DNA of 64,000 nucleotides from Selaginella moellendorffii (taxonomy: Eukaryota; Plantae; Lycopodiophyta): contig NW_003314306.1 in assembly GCF_000143415.4 (NCBI RefSeq), forward strand, positions 590,897 to 654,896. Direction: 5' to 3'. Under the pieces are notes generated by a model that made no database searches, was not told where the DNA came from, and saw only the letters and a list, made by a program, of their open reading frames with translations. This document shows, one piece after another, positions 1-11,713 of this stretch; position 1 is the first letter of the stretch; each line of letters starts with the position of its first letter. Both the position numbers and the translations under genes were made by a program.

Positions 1-447
1 GAACCACTCGTGTTGGAAGCGCTTGAGTACTATTTGCGTCTTCACATAATGAATCGTCTCAATTCACAATCGGCGGGATTCAACCTCGAGATAGCTGCAG
101 CAGATGCTCTTTGCAGTTTTGAATACTTTGAATACTTTTATCCAAACTTTATTTTATATTTATCTAATGGTTATGGTAACTAAATACAAAAATAAGTTTT
201 TTTATACTCTCATACAGAGGAATTTTACTTTCAAACATATTATTTTATAATCACATGGCTTATTAAAGTATGACCAAGTTAAGTTTAGTCAGTTCATTTT
301 ATGACAGATTAGTTTGTGACTAATCAAAGGCTTTTAGACACTGCTGTGGAGTGTGCTCACCAACTGTGAGCAATGGTGCAAAGGGCTTGGGGGAAGTGGT
401 GATCTGTTCTGCATTAGCATGGTAATTCTTTCTTAAGTTTTAATAAT

Positions 448-458
448 TGGTATCAGAG
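448..458 (+). promoter_or_regulatory. Primer-binding site (tRNA-iMet type) of the decayed gypsy element
   Basis: TGGTATCAGAG upstream of the gag remnant, the usual initiator-Met PBS of plant LTR elements. Confidence 0.8.
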
Positions 459-3400
459 GGTAGAGTTCAAGAATCTGCAAGTTTGTTGTTATAGATTCTA
501 GGGAGGAAGTTACTAATCAATCATCTGTAGAGGCTTGGACAATAGATGAGGTGGTGCTGGAATTGTAAGCCTGCAACAACAATATCGAAACCCTTGAGGT
601 TGATATGTATGGATTTTTAGCAAACATGTGTGAGTGCATAAAAAAGATGGAGAATTCTTGAGGTGGCAGGAGTTGTGTTATAGATTAAGCTCAGATTCCT
701 GAGTTTGATGGCACTAATGTCCCTATGGATTGGCTGCACAAAACCTTGAAACTGATCTAGGGTCAAGGATTGCCAGATAAGGATGCATTGATCTTTGTGG
801 AGGTGGTGCTTAAAGGCTAGGTTACACATTAGTGGACTTGCCTTTTGAACCAATATACCACTGCTAGCAAAGGATCTTTGGTGCTAATTGAATTTGAAAA
901 AGCTTTCAAGTAGAAATTTGCTCCTTGCTATGATGCTTTTCATGCATGATGCAAGCTTTGGTACTTAAAGCAAGATGATTTGGGCCTAGAAAAGTGTATT
1001 AAGAAGTGCCCAACAACTATACTGAGGAGGTCTAAAAAGATTACTTTATGAATGGCTTACACAACAAAGGGATGCAAAATCACTTGAAAACTTCCAAGGT
1101 AACAAAGTCTTTAGAGAAGCTTTTTGAACAAGTTTTGAACTTAGTGGATGAGGGTGAGCCATGTCCTTAGGACAAGGGTGCCAAACATGGGAGAAGCCCC
1201 TCTCAAGACAAGACTAATGGTGGATGTGGGTATTTGAAGTCTTGTGTGGAGTGTGGCAGCAACGGTGGTCGAGGCAATGGTAAGAAGCCTCAGATTACCA
1301 AGAAAATGCACAACCATTGCCATAAGTGTGGTGAGGAAGGCCATTGGAAAGCAGATTGTTCTCTGTTGAAAAACAAGAACAAACCTTTGAACACAAGTAT
1401 TAGAGCTTTAAGCAGGAAGGTCTAGGAAATGCAACATGAGGAGAATCCAGATAAGAAGTATATCTCTATGATTTCCTGTACATTTAATGGGATTTGGAGT
1501 GATGTTCTTATGGACTTGGCTTCAGAATCCTATGTGATTTGAGTTGAGGGATTGCTAGGAGATCATATAGTGTGCATTTTACTGGATAGTGGCAATTCCA
1601 ACAATTTTATCCCAGTAAAGTTGGTTGAGTACAAGCTGCCAATGACTAAAGTGATTCCTTATAGAATTTCTAGAGTTGCCACCAAGAACCAATAGTGGGA
1701 TGGTGTGGTGCATGACTTATTGGTGAAAGCTGGTAAGTTCACCATGGTGGAAGATTTCTTTTTTGCAAATTTATATCATGTGGACATAATCCTTGGCATG
1801 TCATGGCACATGCATGTTGATCCCAAGATCAAGTGGAGCCTTCAACATGTGAAGCTTGAGTATATGGCATACGTGATATTTGGTTTGGAAGCAATGTTCC
1901 AAGCTTGACTAAGTTGAAGTTGGTAATGTCTTTGAAGAGCACTGTGCACAATAAAGATAATGAACTTTGTTTGATGTATATCTGAGAGTTGGATACATCA
2001 AAGTTTTTGCATGGAGAATCAATGGTGGGCAGAGGAATTTGAGGAGTTGAAGGATATGTTCTCAACTGAGATACCATGTGGTTTGCCACCTTTATGTGGA
2101 GTTGGACATGAAATTATGCTAAAACCAGGCATAAAGCCAATCTATTGACAACCATTTGAGCTAAGTCATGTTGAGGAAGTAGAAGTCAAATATCAAGTGA
2201 CTAAGTTGCTTAAGTACAGCTTTATCAAGCCAATCAAGTCTCAATTTGAAGTACCAATCTTGCTTTTTAAGAAGAGAGATGGCTTGATGTGGATGTGTAG
2301 TGATTACTATGCTTTAAACAAGAAGACAATCAAAAAGAACATGCTGATGCCGTATATAGATGACATTTGGATAGGCTTGGGGAAGCTATAATTTTTACCA
2401 AGATTGACTTGCAAAATGGTTATCATCAGATTGCTCTAAATGATATAGATATCACAGAGTTAGCTTTCTTTATGAGTTTTAAGCATTTCAAATTTACAAT
2501 GATGCCATTCAGATTTATGAATGCACCAGTGACTTTTATGAGGCTCATGACCCATGTGTTTGGGGAGTATTTGCATAACTTCGTGGAGATTTTCCTTAAT
2601 GATATTTTTATCTTTAACAAGAATATGATTGGGCATAGACGACATGCACAAAGTGTTAGAGTTGTTATGTAAGTATAAGCTTTATGCTAAGAGGAGTAAA
2701 TGTGAGTTTGTGTAATTTGAATGCAAATTTTAGGCCATATTGTCTCTATTGAAGGAGTTAAGACTAATCCATAAAAATTTGTTATCATGGAAGAATGGCT
2801 AACTCCAACAAATATTATTAAGTTAAGGAGTTTTATGGGAATGGCTAGTTATTACCACAAGTTTATTAAGCATTATGTTGATATTACTTTTCCTTTGACT
2901 CAGTTGCTAAGACACTTATTTTGAATAGAAGACATTACAAGAACAAAACTTTCAAGGTTTAAAGGACACTTTAATGCATGCTCCGATTTTACATCTTGCA
3001 AATCCAAGAAAACCATATATAATGGGTGTGGATGCAAGTGGGTATGTCGTGGGTGGTGTTCTCATGCAAGATGATCATCCTATTGCATATAAAAGCAAGA
3101 TATTAAACCCAACAAAGCAACAATACTCTACTATAAACAGGAGCTTTTAGCAATTATTAATGCACTATATGTATGGGAAAATTATTTATTTGGTATTGTG
3201 TGTACAGTGTTCATGGACCATAAGCCATTGGTGTTGTTATTCACCTAGAAGGAGCTTAACTCTCGCCAAACACAATAAATGATCAAACTTATGGAGTTTA
3301 ATGAATTTTTAATTGAGCATAAGGTTGGATATGCAAATGTGGTGGCTAATGCTTTGTCTCATATGCACTCTACTTTTGTGGGAGAAGGGATTTATCCAAA

Positions 3401-4400
3401 AGCAATAACTGAATTTGCTAGTATAATTAAGTAAGTTCAACAGCAAAATGTCAAAGTACAAAAGCTTAGTGTGTGTATGGAGCCACCTTTATCATGCTGA
3501 AATGGTTTACTCTTGTATAATGGCTAAATATATCTTCCTTGAGTTGATGAACTGATCAACCATATCCTCTATTATTATCATGACCACTTGAAGGCTGGTC
3601 ATTTTAGGGGGAAAAAGACTTTCAAGTTGATCAAGCATAAGTTCTTTTAAAAGAAAATGAAAAATGATATTCTCAAGTATTGCAAGATATGCAAGAATTG
3701 TTAGCAAATGAAGGTGCCAAGAGAAAAGCCAATATAGCTTTTAGTGCCATTGCCTATCTGAAAGGATAGATGGAGGGGCATATCCATAAATTATATCATG
3801 CATTTGCCAAGAACAAATAGGCAAAATGAATAAACTTGGGTCATTGTGGATCATTTGACCAAGTTTGTAAGATTGATTCTTCTAAAAAAGGCAGCAAAGA
3901 GTATGAACTTAGTTGTTGAATATGTCTTTCCTCAATTTGGTTTGCTAGTGAAAATTGTGAACAACAAAGGCTCAATATTCATGAATGAATTTTTGAGAAG
4001 CTTTATGAAGTTCATAATTATTGGCATCAACCTTAGACAATGGACAAATTAAGTGAGTCAACCAAGTGGTTAAGGATAATATTAAGATGCACTGTTCATA
4101 AGTAATAAGGATAATGGGATAATTTTTTATTCATTATGGAGTTTGTTTGCACTTTACTTTGTGATGCATAATTGTCATCCAAAGACAGCTTTTGAGCTCA
4201 ATTTACTTGGAATTCAAGCATCTCAAATGTATAATGAGGCAAAGAGTTTATCCATAAAATTGGATGAACTCTAAATGTATGTAAGAAGAATTTGCAAGTG
4301 GCTCAAGATTGAATTAAGACATATGTTGATAAACATCAAACTTCCAAAGAGTTTAAAGTTGAGGATTTTCTTTATTTACAAGTGATATTTTTAGTATTAT
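448..4400 (+). mobile_element. Decayed Ty3/gypsy LTR retrotransposon internal region (gag zinc knuckle, protease, RT, RNase H, integrase remnants)
   Basis: CHKCGEEGHWKADC zinc knuckle (~1318-1360); LLDSGNSNNFI protease motif (~1580); RT fragments (FTKIDLQNGYHQI, MPFRFMNAPVTF, IFLNDIFIF); DASGYVVGGVLMQ RNase H (~3030); DHLTKF integrase fragment (~3850). Order PR-RT-RH-INT is gypsy type. Many stops and frameshifts; right boundary approximate. Confidence 0.92.
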
Positions 4401-6103
4401 AGAGTTATATGACCATCCTGTCCTTAAAAGATGCATATGCGATACACTTTATGAATGGGGTTTTTAATTTTCAATTTTAAGTCTTTGCACAAAGGGTAAA
4501 AGTTTTTGGTAGTAGGGGGAATGGAGTACTCATCATTTTCTTACAAGCCTACTTTAGTAGATTGGGGTTTGATTTAGCCATGGTCTTAATAAAACTTATT
4601 ATATGAAAAGAAAATGATGATTCTGAAGTGAAGTTTAAAATTTTAGCTTACCACGACCTATACTCCCCTACATCTTTGTGACCTTCCATGAATTGGATGG
4701 TTCGATCACCTACCTCGAGTGAAGGTCTTACTAGAAATCATATATGTTGCATTAGGGTTGCATTTAGGTAAGAGATAAAGGAAGATCTTATGGATGCATT
4801 ACTAATTGAGTGACCTTTCTTTGAGGGAAGTTATGGAGATTAAGCCCTCAAATGGATTGTGGCTAGATAAAAAATTATTATTTGGGACAAAAGATGTTGT
4901 ATGCTAGTAAAAAGCTTTGATGAGGTAGTTTCAAGTTTTCCATATTTATAATTTCCTTTTACAAACATCTTGACATTATATGGACAAAGCACAAATATTT
5001 TCTAAGCAAGAGATATGTTTATTTCTGTCAGGTAGTTGAGGTTTGAGATTCTAATTGAAGATGATCTATGCCTTAAGAGTCAACTTGCTGGTGGCAATGG
5101 TATCAAGTGGCAAGCAGACATAAAGAGGGCCAAAGCAAAATTGAGGAGAAATGAGAAATTAGACATTTTAAGGTTATAATAGAAGATGTTGATGATAAAG
5201 TGATTTTATATTTAGAGTGTTGGAATAGTTACTGAAGTAGTGTAAAGTAAAAATACTTTCTCACATCCCATTCTATGGGGTATAAGCAAGCAATGAAGCG
5301 ATCAACAATTAGGTTAATGGCAAAACTTAGCTCCTCTAACATCATCAGTACACCTCATTGATATGAATAAAAAACTTCTGCACAAAATGATCGTGAATAT
5401 TGAAGAGTTTTGCAACAGTTTAAGCTTGTAGGTTTTTTCTTTAGGAGAGCTGTGACTTCATTGATTAGGAGAAGGTAAAGATCAGATGTGCAGATTGCAA
5501 TTCTCTTATTCAACTTTTTCCTCCTTGAGATAAACTTCTCAAATCATTTGTTAAGTCATAATGTTTACATTGCAGGTGGATTTGCTCATAATATTGAATA
5601 ACATATTTTGCATGTTGATGAAGTTGTTTGCAAATAGAAGAAAAAAGGTAAAAGGAAGCTAGGTCAACCTCTAAAGATAGTAATTACTAATGAAAAACTG
5701 TCTAGTAGTGCTAAATTCTTCTCAAGTAAGCATGATGATATTCATTGCTAACATGTTTTTTTTAGGAGAAGATAATTCTATGGCTGCAAATGCAAGCACT
5801 AAGTGATAGAGACTCTTTAATAGTTTAAGTTTGTTATACATTTTCCAGTAGTTTTGATATTTATGAAGTTGTGTTGGGGTTTTTATTTACCTCTACATTT
5901 TACTATGTGGCATTCAAATAGTCTTAGAACTTTTAGCATCCCAACGCCAAAACAACTGAAAAAAATTGCCTTATTTTTTTTATAAACCTTCTAGAGCTCT
6001 CAAACTGCAGGAAATACAAGATGGATGATACCTGTCTAACTCCTATCATAGAGTTGACATATATTAGGATTTAAATCATTGTCTATGGGTGATGAGGTTC
6101 TCA

Positions 6104-6797
6104 GGCTCTCCAACACCAGCGCCTTGGCTTGCTCGTACTTCCTTTGTAGACTAGCTTGTAGGCCAGAAGGCCAGAACAACTCTCTTCATGTAAAAGGGTG
6201 GCATGTGAGCATAGTTGGCAAGGAAGAACCAAGCAATGTATTTCGTCTGCTTCCACAAGAGGAAAGCTGGCACTGCTTGTCCTTGAATCACGTGTTTGCT
6301 TCAGCTGTGAAAACCATCTTGCAAGGACACTCTGTGGCTTTGAATCTTCAATTTGATTGCAGCCTTGTGGAGCTCTATCTCCACACCAAGGAGCTGAGTG
6401 TGCAGCTATAGGTTCTCATGAGGATTTGTTACATAGGTGGCCATGATGAGGAAGAGAAAGTAGCATTTACCACAACGAGTGTTGAAGGGAGCTTTGTTGT
6501 TGCTCATAAAGTTCATTTTCCTTTTTCTTGCTTTGCTATTTCTCTTTCATTTAACTCATCTTTCCAGGATCTGGTGTTTCCTTGGACATATGAGCCATAT
6601 GTGCATATACTGCCCGGATGGAGAGTTTATTCTGGAGCATGTGCCAAGGCCACGGCGATCTCAGCCAGCCATGAAAAGTAGCTTGAAGGTCCAGATTTCT
6701 TTTCATCACGTCCCAGACTTCTGTGTGATCTGTCCATCCCCTAGGTCCAGCCTGGCGTTAATACTCCTATTTTCTTGGTGGACGTATCATCCCAAAT
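6104..6797 (+). pseudogene. Copy 1 of an unidentified gene fragment; left arm of inverted repeat
   Basis: Translates to VFRLLPQEESW...LNLQFD..LVELYLHTKEL...GGHDEEEKVAFTT, homologous to minus-strand copies at 7041-7660 and 10164-10628; contains in-frame stops. Confidence 0.7.
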
Positions 6798-7040
6798 ACT
6801 ACAAACAGGACAACAGTTGGAAGTCCTAATGCGCCAAGAGATGCGTGAGATTGCCCAGTAGTCTGAAAAAGTCAGAAGTTCCGATTGTCTTGGTTGCTGC
6901 TCCAAATGGAGTTATCTTACCCCTGTTCGGGCTTCCATGTAGACCGTCTCGTCACCTGACATTGAGCCATGAAATGCAGAGCTCGAGGCCCACGTCTCTG
7001 GAAGCTTTAGCAGGACTTCAAACTGTTATCATGTACACAT

Positions 7041-7660
7041 AATTTGAGATGAAACGTCCAACAAGAAAACAGAAGTATTGATGCCACCAGTCCGGACCTA
7101 GAGGATGGAAAGATCACACACAAGTCTGGGATGTGATGAAAGAAATCCAGACCTTCAACCTACTTTTCATGGAGTTCCCCATTGGCTGAGATTGCCGAGG
7201 CCTTGACACTTGCTCCAGAATAAAGTGTCCATGCAGATCCTTTAGATCAGCACAGTAAATGAACAATCACATGCCATATCTCCGAAAAATAAAAAATGGA
7301 GCACTTTATATGCAATGTGGAAAAAAGAAAGAAAGAAAGATAAAAGCTCGTTAAAATGAAGGAGAAAATAGCAAACCAACCTTACAGACCCTTCAGGAAA
7401 TCCTTGAACTTCTCCAGCATATCATCACCGGTGGTGGAAATCGCTGCTTTCTCTTCCTCGTAATCGCCACCTATGGAGCCTGTAGCCGCACCCTCGGCTC
7501 CTTGGTGTGGAGATAAAGCTCCACAAGGCTCTGAGCACTGCTGGGATCAAACCAGAGATTCAAAACCGCCAAGTACCCTGCAAGATGGTCACAGCCGAAG
7601 CAAACGTCTGATTCAGGAGCCCTGGACAAGCGCCGCCAGCTTTCCTCCTGTGGAAGACGA
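7041..7660 (-). repeat. Copy 2; right arm of imperfect inverted repeat with 6243-6797
   Basis: Its reverse complement aligns by eye with 6243-6797 (e.g. 7056 cgtccaacaagaaaaca versus 6768 tattttcttggtggacg; shared LVELYLHTKE). Confidence 0.85.
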
Positions 7661-8019
7661 GGAAGAAGTCTACAAACCGATCGAGCTGGTCCCTGTGCCA
7701 CCCCGCTCGAGCGAAACACGAGAGTAGCTCGGCCAAAGCGCTGCCACTGGACGAGAGCTGCCAGAAAGTGGCACACTCCTCTTCCAAAGGCCGCAGCGAG
7801 GGTGATCATGAATATTTATCTGGTGTCTATCGTGCTGTTGAGTAGTAATCCTCTGAGAGGGAAGAAAAATCTTCTATGTACATAGAATCTCAAAATGTGT
7901 ATAATTCTTGAATAATAGACAGACTTTGCCAATGCTCCAAACAGGCGTATGTGTTCCTGCTAGCCCAGGAAGCCTCTTTAACTTACAAACTAGCTCAAAC
8001 TCATCTGTTTGTGTGGCGT

Positions 8020-9027
8020 TCATCCTCCTTTCTCGTTGAGTTGAGTGGATCGCTGCCCAGCGTACACTTGATCAAGCATCGCTTTAGGGGTCTTTGCAGA
8101 GACGGCAACCAAGCCACCCTTGTCGTCAACCTTCCACACGCCATAGCCATCAACTGCGCATACACCCAGCCACTCGCTGGCCATTGTACTCCCACAGCCT
8201 CGCGGTGCACAGTCCCGGGAGCGGCAAAACGCAGCGCAGGATCTCTCCATCCGGGTCAACCTTGTCTTCCAGGAGGCTGCGGACAACTTCCCCGGTGCTC
8301 CACCTGGCGCGGCCGAAGTCGTAAAATCCCAGGATGGCGGCATCGTAGAAGTAATCGTCCAAGCCTGGGAATACTACGTTCACGATGTAATCTGAAAGTC
8401 GCTGCTGCGCCTTCACCTTGACGTAGGCTGGGGAGAACGGGAGCTTGGGGAGAGAAGACGAGCGCGTTACCGAGTCGTAGATGCAGCACCAGTGGCCTGA
8501 GAAGTCGACAGCAGTGTAGGGCAGACCGACTTTGAAGCCATTCTTGTTGACGAACATGGCAAAGTCGATCACTCCCGCTAAACTGTATCTTTCTCTGTCC
8601 TCCCAATGGAGCGGTGGTAGTTCGCTCCACTCTTGGGTGACTGGATTCCCCACCACCAGCTGAAACACATCATCAGCGGGATCAACCATGCCCCTGTGCG
8701 TCCTGAAGAGGCATACCAGGCCACCCGCGGAAGCAACGACTTGAGCGCGAGGAAATTCTTCCGTTTTGTGGGGCAACGGAAACTCCACGCTGTATTTGGG
8801 CTGTGATGGATCCCAGGCGTGGCAACGCTCGCCGTGGAAGGAGCTAGTCATAAGCCGCAAGGATTCCTTGTGGCCACTGTTTTGGCACCAGCGGCGGCGA
8901 AAGCGTTCCATGACTTGCAAACGGCGGAGCATGCGGTCACTAGTGTGGCCAGGTCCACGTAGCTGAGAAGCGTCTCCAAAATGTCGTCTTGCAGGGACAC
9001 AGGCGCTTCTTTTCTCCGTTTCTTCAT
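8020..9027 (-). pseudogene. F-box protein with F-box-associated beta-propeller-like region, two apparent frameshifts
   Basis: F-box LQDDILETLLSYVDLATLVTACSAVCKSWNAF in one frame; VVASAGGLVCL...LVVGNPVTQEWSELPPL in a second; WLGVCAVDGYGVWKV...AKTPKAML in a third. Confidence 0.8.
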
Positions 9028-9199
9028 CACAAGAAGAGTGGAGAGAAGCACGTTATGGTACTGCAAAAGGGATGCAGGGAACCCCAAAACGAACGGAAAA
9101 CAGAGACGAAGACGCCTCTCCCTTCCATATCCTACAAGAAAAAAAGAAGCTCGTTCTCTTTGAAGAAGTTATTCCCCATTATCTGTCCTCACTGGCTTG

Positions 9200-10700
9200 T
9201 GCTTCTCCAGTTGAAACCGAGCTTCTCATAAATCTCTCCAATCCTGATTATCCGGCCTCGTTCCCTCTTTAAACATCTAACAAAAACAAACGCGAGCAAA
9301 CTTACTTTGATGGCCGATCGTACAATCGAGCAGACAATACTGGGGACGGTCTCTTGTTTTGTTGCCACAAAAGATGTGTTCATACTGAGGAAACATCAAA
9401 AGTGTTCATTGTAAAGTCATGGCGTGATAAACAAACACCTGTGACGTTCTTCCAGTCAGATTGAACGTAGAAAACACACGACTTACATGAATCATCGACC
9501 ACTGTCATGGGAATCCATTTGGGTGCTGTCAAGAGTAAGACTGTAAAGAAAAAGAGAACCTTTAGTCATTGGTGGTCCACTTAGTCGCGGACCTGTAAGT
9601 TGATCATGTCATGGTAGAAGTGGGTAATACTTGTTGAAAACTTTCTCTAAAAAGAAAAAAAAAGGAAAAGAAGCAAAGAACCTTTTTTCTTTCCTGTCAA
9701 GGTGAGCCTCAGTAGTTTCTGGAATTCATCAATGTAGTCTTCGCTGCTCATGACGATTGTCGCTCGATCCAGCAGCTCTTTAAACATCTACGACCACAAA
9801 ACAAATACGTGACCACGGTAGCAAAACAATTTCACATACTTATTTTCATACATCGTGATCATTCGCGTATACATAACTCTCTTGTTTCGTCACGACAAAA
9901 CTATGCCAGGCGTGCTCAATCTCTCCACTCTGCCATCAGTGTCCAAGGGCTGAAGGAGACATTCATAAGTGAAAACCATTTCTTCAGAACACTTTGCGCC
10001 ATTGTTTCAACCGTTGAAACAATTATTGATTGATTGATTGGGAATCTTACCTCTTATACCCCGTCAGTGGTATTCCTAAAGAGCGTGGAGACGTACTCGG
10101 TGATATTCCCTTTGCCGCAAGCATAAAATGGATTTCTTGGCAGTCCAGCATCTTGCGCTGTAACTACACAACTTGTAGTTCCCTGCTCAGAGCTGGCACC
10201 AGTATCATTGTCGTGAGCAAGTCAGCTACCTCCGGGGAAGCCTTGAACTTCTCCAGTATTTCATCGCCGGTGGTGGAAAACGCTGCTTTCTCTTCCTCGT
10301 CATGGCCACCTATGGAACAAATCCTCGTGAGAGCCTGTAACTGCACCCTCAGCTCCTCAGTGTGGAGATAGAACTCCACAAGTCTGGGATCAAACCGAAG
10401 ATTCAAAGCCGCTGAGTGTCCCTGCGAAGAAAACGCCTGATTCAAGGGCCCCAGACAAGCGCCGCCACACTTCTTCCTGTGGAAGCCGACGAAATACATC
10501 GCTTGGTTCTTCCTTGCCGACTATGGAATCTCACATCCCGCCCTCGTACATGAAGAGCGCTGTTCTGACCTACAAGATGGTCTATGAAGGAAGTAGGAGC
10601 AAACCAAGGAGCTGGTGCTGGAGAGCCCGGATTTTTCCCGTCAGGTCTGGATGTTTTGCGATGTCTTGGACGAGCTCAAGATCTTCATGACCGAATCCTC
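9200..10700 (-). pseudogene. Copy 3 (longest, probably multi-exon) of the unidentified gene family
   Basis: 10250-10628 aligns with 6104-6480; ORF 10164-10499 has LNLRFDPRLVEFYLHTEELRVQLQ...GGHDEEEKAAFSTT; minus-strand GT/AG sites continue toward 9200. Boundaries approximate. Confidence 0.5.
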
Positions 10701-10787
10701 CAGAGAAAGGTTCTGCGGAAAGGCAGTCAAGATGATCGAGTTGGATCCACAAGCAAATAACCCCGCCAACTTGTGAGGGTATAGTAC

Positions 10788-11276
10788 TGAGACACGTGGT
10801 GACACGTGGCGGATCTGACTCTCAACTGTATCTAAGCATAGTTTCAAAATGATATCCTGACGCTGAATGGAGGAGGAAGACAAAGAGCCCTTTGATCTGG
10901 AGTGGCTCTGATTGTGAATTGAAAAAATCAAGAGTGAGTTTTTTTGTTTATTTTCATATTGTGCAGGCAACCCTAAAATAGAGGTGGTGAATTGCTTCGG
11001 GCCTTTATGCTAATGGAGAGATCACATTTGAGTGGGGGAAATGGAGCAAGATGCTGATTCCTGACGGGTCCTGATACACGTTGGGCTGTGTGCAAGTTTG
11101 GGTACTTTGGAATATGCTACTACTGCTATTCAACACTAGGTTTCTTAGTGGTTTAGCATTAGTTTCCTTTTTTTCTGATCTGGGATTTATTACAGACTCA
11201 CACCTTGGATCATAAAAAAAGGAAAATCACTAGGAAACCTAGAAACTTGATCTGCCACGTGTCACCACGTGTCTCA
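10788..11276. repeat. 28-bp inverted repeat pair (27/28), each arm carrying two tandem G-box/ABRE cores
   Basis: 10788-10815 tgagacacgtggtgacacgtggcggatc versus 11249-11276 gatctgccacgtgtcaccacgtgtctca. Confidence 0.9.
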
Positions 11277-11713
11277 AAGTCCGGCTCCGTTCTAGTCGCG
11301 GAGTGGACGCGTGCTAGAAGAGCATCCGAGACGATGTCGCGCGCCGAGATCCGTGCTGGTGACCGGATCCATATCCGGACGATGGATGATCATCGGTCGA
11401 GAAGTTCCCTGGAGGACATCTCGGACGTAGATGCCGAGATAGTTGCTCCACAAGTCACGCAGCGCGTCATCGCTCGGGTAGACCGCGGATGAGGCCTCAG
11501 CGAGCCGGAGGAGGTCTAGCGAAGAACTTGGAGGCCCGTATTCTCCCGCGCAAATGTGACCATCCGGAACCGAGATGGCGGCGTTTGGATCTTCCAGATG
11601 TAGGAGCACCGCCACTGACGCGGCAACGCAGCTCCTCGCCCATGGTGATAAACCCTAAATCCTACATTATACTCGAAGCTTATCCCAGCTAGGGCTTTTG
11701 GTGTGGAAGGAGG

